Assembly (NCBI GenBank): GCA_040384565.1
Contig: JAZKJC010000002.1
Span: 1,064-65,063, forward strand
Direction: 5' to 3'
DNA from: Patescibacteria group bacterium
Lineage (GTDB): Bacteria; Patescibacteriota; Saccharimonadia; Saccharimonadales; JAZKJC01
DNA length: 64,000 nucleotides
This document shows, piece after piece, positions 19,637 to 27,817 of the stretch. Position 1 is the first letter of the stretch. Every line of letters begins with the position of its first letter. Below the pieces are notes generated by a model. The model was given only the letters and a program-made list of their open reading frames with translations, was not told the origin of the DNA and ran no database searches. The position numbers and the translations under genes are program-made.

Positions 19637-19890
19637 ATCCGACTTCGGTCTTGCTCCAAAAATTCAGCCGCACTTTTGCTGCCTTTTCCGGATATAGCTC
19701 GTGATTTTTGAATGTTGCGTTTGATTTGAACCCAATCCGTAGGTAATTGGTGGGGGCGTATAACAATTTCATCAGGATTAACAACAGATATAGAGACAGC
19801 CGAAAAGGGTGCGACCCAGCTTAACTGCTTGCGGACTTGATCGGGTATTGTTAACTGTCCTCTGTTTCTAATAATACTAATATTTTTCAT
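19633..19890 (-). CDS. vapB: AbrB/SpoVT-type antitoxin VapB
   Basis: ..IRNRGQLTIPDQVRKQL.. swapped-hairpin motif. Overlaps vapC. Confidence 0.75.
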   Translation of the reverse strand: MKNISIIRNRGQLTIPDQVRKQLSWVAPFSAVSISVVNPDEIVIRPHQLPTDWVQIKRNIQKSRAISGKGSKSAAEFLEQDRSRI

Positions 19891-19896
19891 ATAATC

Positions 19897-19925
19897 AGAT
19901 TATCAAATAATCAGAATTATGTCAA
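19897..19925 (-). promoter_or_regulatory. Promoter TTGACA-17-TAATCT, 6 nt before the vapB ATG (leaderless-type)
   Basis: Hexamers and spacing read directly. The direct repeat TCTGATTAT x2 overlaps the promoter and could be an operator. Confidence 0.5.
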
Positions 19926-19962
19926 AGACCGTTGGAGTTCATGGTCAGCATATTTTAATTTG

Positions 19963-22050
19963 CTATTTGCTATTTTTGGCGATGATGGCTTCGGCTACAT
20001 TGCTTGGCACATCTGCGTAATGGTCAAGTTCCATGCTGGAGCTTGCTCGGCCCTGGGTGCTACTGCGTAGGTTAGTTGTGTAGCCAAACATTTCGCCTAG
20101 CGGCACAAAAGATGTGATTTCTTTGATACCGGCGCTTAGATCTTCCATAGATTCTATGCGGCCACGCTTTGAGTTTAGATCACCTATAACGTCACCCATG
20201 AATTCTTCCGGTGTTACTACTACTACTTTCATAACTGGTTCAAGCAGGACTGGACTGGCTTTTTTGACACCGCTTTGCAGGGCCATTGAGCCGGCAATTT
20301 TGAAAGCCATTTCGTTACTGTCTACATCGTGGTATGAACCGTCATACAGTTCTGCTTTAACATCAACTACCGGGTAACCGGCTAAGACACCGTTATTCAG
20401 CGCTTCAATAATGCCTTGTTCTACGGGTTTAATGTACTCGCTCGGAACAACACCACCCTTGATGGAGTTAATAAACTCAAAGCCTTTGCCTTGCTCGTTT
20501 TGGCTCAGACGGATCCAGACATCACCGTATTGGCCACGGCCACCGGATTGCCGTATAAACTTGCCTTGGGCCTCTATGCCGTCTTTGCGGATAGTTTCGC
20601 GGTATGCAACCTGCGGCTGGCCAATGTTGGCTTCTACCGAAAACTCGCGCTTCATACGATCAACAATAATTTCCAGGTGTAGCTCTCCCATTCCACTGAT
20701 GATGGTTTGGCCGGTTTCTTCGTCTACCTTAATCCGGAAAGTTGGATCTTCTTCTGCTAAGCGTTGCATGGCAATGCCCATTTTTTCCTGGTCAGCTTTG
20801 GTTTTTGGCTCAATAGCAATAGATACGGGCGGTTCAGGGAATGTAATGCTTTCCAGGACAATTGGGCTGTTTGGATCGCAAAGCGTGTTGCCAGTCGTGG
20901 TGCCCTTAAGACCTACAATTGCGGCGATATCACCAGCTTCTACATCTGTCACGTCTTCACGTTTATCGGCTTGCATACGTACAATACGGCCAACACGCTC
21001 TTTTTCTCCTGTGGAACTATTCAGTACGTATGAACCAGCGGTAAGCTTACCGGAATATACCCGGAAATAGGCTAATTTGCCTACAAATGGATCGGTTGCA
21101 ATCTTAAAGGCTAGTCCTGCAAATGGCTCGTCGGCGCTAACTTTGCGTTCTATTTCGTCACCGGTTTTAGGGTGTGTTCCCCAAGTACTGCCACGGTTGA
21201 GCGGGCTCGGCAGTAAATCAACCACTAAATCCAGAACTTTTTCTACAATAACACCGCGGCCATCACCACCAGTTACGACAAAGAAATTTCCTGCCAATAG
21301 CGCGGAGCGAATCGCGTGTCGGATTTCGTCTTCACTTAAACCGTCTTCGCCGACCTCAAAGTATTTCTCTAGGGTTTTTTCGTCTTCCGCAACGGCGTTT
21401 TCAACCAAGAGGCTACGGTATTTTTTGACCTTATCCAACATGTCCGCGGGAATCTCTGTCTCAACCAGCTCTTTATCAGTAAAATCTTTATAGGTGTAGG
21501 CTTTCATGGCAATCAAGTCAACGACTCCATTGATTGCTTGCTCAAAACCTATTGGCAAATGGATAGGGAAAGCGCGTTTATTAAGACGGGCGTGGATGGT
21601 ATCGAGCGATTTGTAGAAGTCGCCGCCGGTTTGGTTGATCTTATTAATAAAGCAAATACGTGGCACATTGTACTTGTCAGCCTGGCGCCAAACGGTTTCA
21701 GATTGAGATTCCACACCCATTTTGCCATCAAACACAACAACTGCACCATCAAGCACGCGGAGCGAACGCTCTACCTCAACCGTAAAGTCAATGTGTCCTG
21801 GCGTGTCAATAATGTTAATCTGGTGGTCTTTCCAGTAGCAAGTTACAGCGGCCGAGACAATGGTAATACCCCGCTCGCGCTCTTGTGCCATCCAGTCTGT
21901 CGTTGTCTCACCATCATGTACGGCACCAATTTTGTGCTTAAGCCCTGTGCGGAAAAGAATCCCCTCAGTAGTAGTAGTCTTCCCAGCATCAATATGGGCA
22001 ATAATCCCAATATTCCGAATCTTATCCAACGCATATTTCTTAGCCGCCAT
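19963..22050 (-). CDS. fusA: Elongation factor G
   Basis: 695 aa, [17 protein letters not shown], five-domain length. Confidence 0.97.
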   Translation of the reverse strand: MAAKKYALDKIRNIGIIAHIDAGKTTTTEGILFRTGLKHKIGAVHDGETTTDWMAQERERGITIVSAAVTCYWKDHQINIIDTPGHIDFTVEVERSLRVLDGAVVVFDGKMGVESQSETVWRQADKYNVPRICFINKINQTGGDFYKSLDTIHARLNKRAFPIHLPIGFEQAINGVVDLIAMKAYTYKDFTDKELVETEIPADMLDKVKKYRSLLVENAVAEDEKTLEKYFEVGEDGLSEDEIRHAIRSALLAGNFFVVTGGDGRGVIVEKVLDLVVDLLPSPLNRGSTWGTHPKTGDEIERKVSADEPFAGLAFKIATDPFVGKLAYFRVYSGKLTAGSYVLNSSTGEKERVGRIVRMQADKREDVTDVEAGDIAAIVGLKGTTTGNTLCDPNSPIVLESITFPEPPVSIAIEPKTKADQEKMGIAMQRLAEEDPTFRIKVDEETGQTIISGMGELHLEIIVDRMKREFSVEANIGQPQVAYRETIRKDGIEAQGKFIRQSGGRGQYGDVWIRLSQNEQGKGFEFINSIKGGVVPSEYIKPVEQGIIEALNNGVLAGYPVVDVKAELYDGSYHDVDSNEMAFKIAGSMALQSGVKKASPVLLEPVMKVVVVTPEEFMGDVIGDLNSKRGRIESMEDLSAGIKEITSFVPLGEMFGYTTNLRSSTQGRASSSMELDHYADVPSNVAEAIIAKNSK

Positions 22051-22401
22051 TTATTGTCTCCGATTTCTTATATTTGTTACAACTCCACGAGCAAAGCCTA
22101 CAAGTGTTCTACGTATAGGCTGGACATCCATTCTGTCCCTTGTGGGACATAACGAATTATCTGGACCAGCACAATTATCCAGTCTAGCCGTTGCATTAAT
22201 CTCCAATAAGCGCAATCTTAGTTTTGGCCCATCTAAAGTGGGTAAGCAATTGTCAGGCATACCGTCCGTGGCATTGCCTGGTATATCCATAGTATACAAC
22301 TCAACACTGCGCGCTTTCGCTGGGCAGACTATGCCTGTAGTAGGACACAAAATATCAGGATCTGCCGTGCCACTTTGTCCAGAAAATATTGCCTCAGTCA
22401 T
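22051..22401 (-). CDS. Hypothetical Cys-containing 116-aa ORF between rpsG and fusA (coding status uncertain)
   Basis: The stop abuts the fusA ATG, and the fusA SD lies within its 3' end. It has no SD of its own, and the opposite strand is also open here. Confidence 0.35.
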   Translation of the reverse strand: MTEAIFSGQSGTADPDILCPTTGIVCPAKARSVELYTMDIPGNATDGMPDNCLPTLDGPKLRLRLLEINATARLDNCAGPDNSLCPTRDRMDVQPIRRTLVGFARGVVTNIRNRRQ

Positions 22402-22421
22402 TATGTTCGGCGTGTCTTAAG

Positions 22422-22535
22422 GTTGCTGTATGAAGAGGCAGTACAAGGAAGCCGTGAAGCACGGAGCGAACCGTACTTTGCGGTACGGTGAGTGAGTACT
22501 GGAGCAGCTGACGCAGTAATGTGCTTCATACAGTG
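22422..22535 (-). other. Candidate four-helix structured RNA element starting 6 nt after the rpsG stop
   Basis: P1 CTGTATGAAG/CTTCATACAG (10 bp), P2 CAGTAC/GTACTG, hairpins CCGTG-AAG-CACGG and ACCGTAC-N6-GTACGGT. Confidence 0.4.
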
Positions 22536-22539
22536 GCCG

Positions 22540-23019
22540 TTAAAACCTGGCGAAGTGGGCAAAGGCCCTATTAGCTTCTGCCATTTTGTGAGTATCTTCT
22601 TTTTTCTTTACTGCTGATCCGGCGCTGTTGTATGCGTCTACTAGCTCTAGTGCCAGGCGGTCTTCCATGCTCATTCCCTTGCGGCTGCGAGCGGCGGCCA
22701 CAAACCACATCATTGTCAGGTGGTTTTGGCGCTGACCTTTGACCTCAAATGGGATCTGATAGTTGGCGCCTCCAACACGGCGGGAACGAGTTTCCATGTG
22801 GGGCTGGACATTCTTCATAGCTTGATCAAACACTTCCAGCGGGTTCTGTACTTTTAGTTTGTCGGCAGCTTTTTGCAAACCGCCATAGACCAAACGCTCA
22901 GCAAGCTGTTTCTTGCCGTTTAGCATGACACGGTTAATCAAACGCTGCACGCCCACACTATTATAGATTCGATCTGGCGGAATAACCCTAACCAGTGATT
23001 TGGTTACTTTACGCGGCAT
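22540..23019 (-). CDS. rpsG: 30S ribosomal protein S7
   Basis: MPRKVTKSLVRVIPPD.. The ATG at 23019 has an AAGGAGGTG SD. Confidence 0.95.
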   Translation of the reverse strand: MPRKVTKSLVRVIPPDRIYNSVGVQRLINRVMLNGKKQLAERLVYGGLQKAADKLKVQNPLEVFDQAMKNVQPHMETRSRRVGGANYQIPFEVKGQRQNHLTMMWFVAAARSRKGMSMEDRLALELVDAYNSAGSAVKKKEDTHKMAEANRAFAHFARF

Positions 23020-23326
23020 AGAATTCACCTCCTTCGCTGAACTTATCAGGACAAGCTGCCATCAAGTCTTGCCAGTCTTCAGGCCCAAGCGTGGATGGAT
23101 CTTGTCGAGCATCCCGGATAAGCCCATCGATGGCTTCAGGCGCAAGTGGTGATGTGGAGGTTGCTTCGGAAGCACTCTGCAATCCAGCTTCCCCGCTAAC
23201 CATATCAAGATTACTGCGTGCTCTGCCTAAAGCCAGGAGTAGAGCATATCCAGCACCGGCACCAACAATGTATGGTAGAGTAGGTGGGTTAATCCCATCA
23301 GATGGTTGATTAGTTTCAGCAGCCAT
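23009..23326 (-). CDS. Hypothetical 105-aa protein (one predicted TM helix) embedded between rpsL and rpsG
   Basis: TAATG overlap with the rpsL stop. The 3' end overlaps the rpsG start by 11 nt and encodes the rpsG SD (..SEGGEF..). Confidence 0.55.
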   Translation of the reverse strand: MAAETNQPSDGINPPTLPYIVGAGAGYALLLALGRARSNLDMVSGEAGLQSASEATSTSPLAPEAIDGLIRDARQDPSTLGPEDWQDLMAACPDKFSEGGEFYAA

Positions 23327-23739
23327 TATTTACTATCTTTCTTTGAGCCATATTTAGAACGGCCGTTTTTACGGTTAGCTACACCCTGGAGATCCAAAGT
23401 ACCTCGTACAACATGGTAGCGGACACCAGGAAGATCCTTTACGCGGCCACCACGAATCATGACAACGGCGTGTTCCTGCAAGTTGTGGCCTTCACCACCA
23501 ATGTACGCCCAGACTTCATGGCCGTTGGTTAGTCGCACGCGGGCAACCTTACGTAGGGCTGAGTTTGGCTTTTTAGGAGTTTTGGTAGTTACCTTGATAC
23601 AGACTCCCCGCTTAAAAGGCGCGGGTTTTTCGTAGTTTCTGGTCTTTAGGTTGTTTGTAACACGGTGCAAATGCGGCGAACTAGACTTCTTTTGTTTAGA
23701 AGCGCGTGGTTTACGTACTAATTGGTTAATAGTTGGCAT
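23326..23739 (-). CDS. rpsL: 30S ribosomal protein S12
   Basis: [12 protein letters not shown].. ..[10 protein letters not shown].. is canonical S12. Confidence 0.97.
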   Translation of the reverse strand: MPTINQLVRKPRASKQKKSSSPHLHRVTNNLKTRNYEKPAPFKRGVCIKVTTKTPKKPNSALRKVARVRLTNGHEVWAYIGGEGHNLQEHAVVMIRGGRVKDLPGVRYHVVRGTLDLQGVANRKNGRSKYGSKKDSK

Positions 23740-23849
23740 TTATACTCCTTTAGATGTGCAATCTACTGCTGCAAGCGAATGCCATACGCCAGGCTCAGAT
23801 TGCTTAGTGAACTTGTCAACATTAACAGATGTATTGGAATATTTCAACT

Positions 23850-26800
23850 CTAATTGTCTTCCAATACAATTTTTTGGTCCAAATCATGGGTTGGATTGTA
23901 GCCAGTTCCGACTGGAATTCGTCGTCCCAAGATGACATTTTCTTTAAGTCCATACAGTTTGTCTATCTTGCCGCTGGTGGCAGCCGCAATCAGTACGCGG
24001 GTGGTGTCCTGGAATGACGCGGCGCTCAGGAATGAATCGGTTGATAGGCTAGCTTTGGTAATACCGAGTAGAAGCTGAGTAACTTTAGCTGGCTGTTTAT
24101 TTTCAGCAACCAGGTTTTCGTTGGCTTCAACTACTGCTAGCTTGCTTACTATATCTCCAGTAACAAAGTCACTATTGCCAGCTTCTTCTACTTGTACGCG
24201 GCTGAACATCTGGCGCACAATGATTTCAAGGTGTTTATCGGCTATATTTTGGCCTTGTCCCGCAAAAATCCGTAGGATTTCGTTCATTATATAGCGCTGT
24301 GTTGGCTCGACACCCTGCAAGCGCATTAGTTCATGAAGATTTATTGAGCCGTTGGTCAGCCGCTGTCCAGCAACAACTTTGTCGCCATCTTTAATGTACA
24401 GCTGTTTGAAGCCTGGTATTTCGTAACGAATCAGGCTTTTGCTGGTTGGGACAATAACGACATGCTTGTCAGTTACTTCAGCTTTTCCGGCCATTGGGGA
24501 AATCAGTGGGTTGCTGTTATCTTCTTCTGCAGCAACGACGTCGCCAATGGCAACTTCTGTGCCGTTGGCAATATGCGCCTTGCGGCCAGCTAATACTAGC
24601 TTGACCTTTTCCTGATCATCGGCTGTAACCTGAACAATGTAATGGTCGTTTTCTTCCCAAGCCGCAGCTGTGCCGGCAATGTCAGACAAATATGCTTGTC
24701 CTTTAGGCGTACGCACCTCGAACAGTTCCTCTACACGTGACAACCCTTGTGCGGTGTCATCTGCAACCACACCACCTGAACGGTGTTTTGAGTCAAGGCT
24801 TAACTGCGTGCCGGGTTCGCCAATACTTTGGGCTGCGATTACTCCAATTGGATGATGTGCTGCAACCAAATTACCGGTAGCAGGATCTACGCCATATGAC
24901 CTTTGTGGCACACCATGTACGGAAGTGCATGAAAGCGCGCTCATAATCTTTATGCCATCAAGCTTGGCGTCCGCGTCAATTTTGGCAGCGACTTCTTTGC
25001 TGACCTGTTCGCCGGCTTTGATGTAGCCCTTGATGTCCTCGGCAACAAAACGGCCCTCCAGCCTGGATGCATAGCTTACGCCAATTTCTGTGGCATCAGC
25101 TCGCAGTAATGCGAAACCGGGGTCACCACTGTCCATTGGATCATCTTTGTCTATGGTGAAGACATCCTGGCCAACATCTACCAGTCGACGCGTCAGATAA
25201 CCGGCATCCGCAGTTTTAAGGGCAATGTCTATCAAAGCCTTCCGGGTGCCACGCGTACCGGTAAAGTACTCTAGTGGAGTTAGGCCCTTAACGTAACCTG
25301 ACTTAATAGGCAGCTCAATTGCGCTTCCGGTAGCATCCTGAAGCACACCGAGCATACCAACAGCGGAATTCATTTGGGAAATATTGCCACGAGCACCGGA
25401 GTTTATGGCAATAGCGGTAGAAGAAATTTGCCCAACCATCTGTTCGGAAAGCATTGCCTGAACCTTGCTATCAATTTTAGTCCAGGTATCAACCGTCAAA
25501 CGATAGCGCTCTTCCTCTGTAATGAAGCCTTGATCGTACTGGTCTGCAATTGCAGCGGTGCGTTCCTCACCAGCATCAACCACTTTCTGCATTCCCTTAA
25601 TTTCCACAAAGTCACTCATACCAATACTTAAACCGGAACGAGTCGCGTAGCGAAAACCCATATCCTTAAGTTCATCAGCTATCTCAGCGGTTTTTTCCTG
25701 ACCGTACTTTTGATATATGCGGCTCATGACTCCAGTCAATTTTTTCTTAGTCATCGGTTCGTCTTGGAAAGGAAAATCATCGGGGAATATTTCGTTAAAG
25801 ATTAGTCTACCTAGGGTTGTAACTATGATTTCATTGCGGAAAGGTACCCGAACATAGTCTTGTAGCGTAAGACTGCCGGAATCGTAAGCCATAATGGCTT
25901 CGTCAATACTCGTGAATGTCTGTGGTTTAGCTTTATTGCTTTCGCGCTCAAAGGTCAAGTAGTAACAACCGAGCACAATGTCTTGTTCGATGTGCAAAAT
26001 TGGCGAACCGTCAGCAGGCTTCAGCAGGTTTTTATTGCTGGCCATGATATCACGGGCTTCGTTTTGAGCAGCATCAGATAATGGCAGGTGGACAGCCATT
26101 TGGTCTCCGTCAAAGTCGGCGTTAAAGCCTTTACATACAAGTGGATGCAACTGAATGGCGCGGCCCTCAATTAGCACAGGCTGGAATGCCTGAATAGACA
26201 AGCGGTGCAATGACGGTGCCCGGTTGAGAAGCACATATTTGCCCTTAATAACTTCGTCAAGTGCGTCCCACACTGCCGTTTCACCAGTTTCGATCATGCG
26301 GGTTGCGGAACGAATGTTATGAGCAAAGTCGTTACGTATCAACCAACCAATTACAAAAGGCTTAAACAACTCTAAAGCCATCATTTTAGGTAGTCCACAC
26401 TGGAACATTTTTAGTTCCGGTCCGGCAACAATTACAGATCGTCCTGAGTAGTCAACGCGTTTACCAAGCAAGTTCTGACGGAAGCGGCCTTGTTTGCCCT
26501 TAAGCATATCACTTAGGCTCTTCAGTCGGCGGCGCTGACCAGTAGCAGCTACGGCACGTCCAGAGCGAGCGTTGTTGTTGTCAATTAACGCGTCAACAGC
26601 TTCTTGAAGCATACGTTGTTCATTGCGGCGAATAACTTCAGGAGCGTTGAGTTCAATTAATTTCTTAAGGCGATTATTACGGTTAATAACGCGGCGGTAA
26701 AGGTCGTTCAGATCGCTGGTAGCAAAACGGCCACCAGTTAGCTGAACCATTGGGCGAAGATCCGGAGGAATAACTGGCAACACACTGACACACATGCTGC

Positions 26801-27671
26801 TTGGCTTAATTCCGGCCCGCAGCATGCTTTCAAGCAGTCTCAGCCGTTTCATTAGCTTCTTCTTGCGTTGACCTTTGGCTTCCTCAGCCTCTTTGGTTAA
26901 TTCCGCAATCAGTGTATCGAGGTTTACGTCAACCAGCAGATCACGGAGCGATGATCCGCCCATACCTACCTCAATAATATCACTCAACTCATCCGGTAAG
27001 GCTCGATAATCGGTTTCGCTAATTAGGTTCAGCTTAGCTAGAGATGTAAGCTGAGCTTTAAACAGATCAAACTCTTCCTGGACCTCTTCCAGCTCTTTGG
27101 TCTGCAGTTCAGCTAATGCTTTCAAATTAGATCCTTCAGCGCTAGCTTCCTTTTCGTAGCGAAGCTTCACTGCTTCTTTCGCGGCAGCAAACTCTGCTTC
27201 TTTGTCAGCAAGAATTTGGTCACGCTTAGCGGTATCTACTTTCTTGATGATGTAGCTGGCAAAATACGCGACGCGCTCCAGGCTTTTAACAGTCATGCCA
27301 AGCAGCAGTCCAATGGCGCTAGGTGTCCCACGCAGGAACCAAATGTGGGCTACAGGACTAGCCAGGTTGATATGGCCCATGCGTTCCCGCCTGACGATAG
27401 ATTTAGTCACAATCTCGCCGTTTTTATCAACAGCTGCTTCGCGTGATCTAACGCCCTTATATTTAGCGTCATGTGGATTAATATCTTTTACGGGTCCAAA
27501 AATACGCTCACAAAATAATCCGTCGCGCTCTGGCTTCTGGGTTCGGTAGTTAATGGTTTCTGGCTTAACAACTTCTCCGTAGCTCCATTCCAGGATGTCT
27601 TCTGGGCTGGCTACAGCAAGTCTTACGGCGTCAAAATCAGCTATATCAGTTCCGCTATTGTAACGCTTCAT
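23850..27671 (-). CDS. rpoC: DNA-directed RNA polymerase subunit beta'
   Basis: 1273 aa, NADFDGDQMAVH catalytic motif. Confidence 0.97.
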   Translation of the reverse strand: MKRYNSGTDIADFDAVRLAVASPEDILEWSYGEVVKPETINYRTQKPERDGLFCERIFGPVKDINPHDAKYKGVRSREAAVDKNGEIVTKSIVRRERMGHINLASPVAHIWFLRGTPSAIGLLLGMTVKSLERVAYFASYIIKKVDTAKRDQILADKEAEFAAAKEAVKLRYEKEASAEGSNLKALAELQTKELEEVQEEFDLFKAQLTSLAKLNLISETDYRALPDELSDIIEVGMGGSSLRDLLVDVNLDTLIAELTKEAEEAKGQRKKKLMKRLRLLESMLRAGIKPSSMCVSVLPVIPPDLRPMVQLTGGRFATSDLNDLYRRVINRNNRLKKLIELNAPEVIRRNEQRMLQEAVDALIDNNNARSGRAVAATGQRRRLKSLSDMLKGKQGRFRQNLLGKRVDYSGRSVIVAGPELKMFQCGLPKMMALELFKPFVIGWLIRNDFAHNIRSATRMIETGETAVWDALDEVIKGKYVLLNRAPSLHRLSIQAFQPVLIEGRAIQLHPLVCKGFNADFDGDQMAVHLPLSDAAQNEARDIMASNKNLLKPADGSPILHIEQDIVLGCYYLTFERESNKAKPQTFTSIDEAIMAYDSGSLTLQDYVRVPFRNEIIVTTLGRLIFNEIFPDDFPFQDEPMTKKKLTGVMSRIYQKYGQEKTAEIADELKDMGFRYATRSGLSIGMSDFVEIKGMQKVVDAGEERTAAIADQYDQGFITEEERYRLTVDTWTKIDSKVQAMLSEQMVGQISSTAIAINSGARGNISQMNSAVGMLGVLQDATGSAIELPIKSGYVKGLTPLEYFTGTRGTRKALIDIALKTADAGYLTRRLVDVGQDVFTIDKDDPMDSGDPGFALLRADATEIGVSYASRLEGRFVAEDIKGYIKAGEQVSKEVAAKIDADAKLDGIKIMSALSCTSVHGVPQRSYGVDPATGNLVAAHHPIGVIAAQSIGEPGTQLSLDSKHRSGGVVADDTAQGLSRVEELFEVRTPKGQAYLSDIAGTAAAWEENDHYIVQVTADDQEKVKLVLAGRKAHIANGTEVAIGDVVAAEEDNSNPLISPMAGKAEVTDKHVVIVPTSKSLIRYEIPGFKQLYIKDGDKVVAGQRLTNGSINLHELMRLQGVEPTQRYIMNEILRIFAGQGQNIADKHLEIIVRQMFSRVQVEEAGNSDFVTGDIVSKLAVVEANENLVAENKQPAKVTQLLLGITKASLSTDSFLSAASFQDTTRVLIAAATSGKIDKLYGLKENVILGRRIPVGTGYNPTHDLDQKIVLEDN

Positions 27672-27817
27672 CGTCCGCTCCTCTCGCTCAAAATCTGAAA
27701 TTTGAATATCGAAATATGAAACAAATTAGAAATTTGAAATCCTAAATCTGAAACGTTTCGAACTTGGAAACTTCGTGCTTGTTTCTGGCTTCGTGCTTCT
27801 TGCTTCGTGCTTAACAT
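27672..27817. repeat. Low-complexity spacer (rpoB|rpoC): GAAAT/TGAAA-type units, GAAACGTTTC palindrome, CTTCGTG x3
   Basis: Seen directly. Confidence 0.7.

Noticed and set aside
18181-22152. Long plus-strand ORFs antisense to tuf and fusA (for example 18299..18739, 20411..21070, 21077..21493, 21538..22152)
   Set aside because: These are antisense-frame artefacts inside strongly supported, highly conserved genes. Their products are Ser/Pro/Thr-rich low complexity. The same applies to antisense ORFs within rpoB, rpoC, secY and the r-protein genes.
21860-22420. 186-aa plus-strand ORF across the fusA start and the rpsG-fusA insert
   Set aside because: It overlaps the fusA 5' end antisense and its orientation opposes the operon. 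It is noted only because it shows that both strands are open there, which weakens the case for the 116-aa minus-strand ORF.
22422-22535. The structured element as a known RNA (SRP/4.5S, RNase P, tmRNA, 6S)
   Set aside because: I found none of the expected marks: the GGAA-tetraloop/AGCAGC helix-8 pattern of SRP RNA, the GAGGAAAGUCC box of RNase P, or the T-loop/tag ORF of tmRNA. It is kept only as an unclassified candidate.
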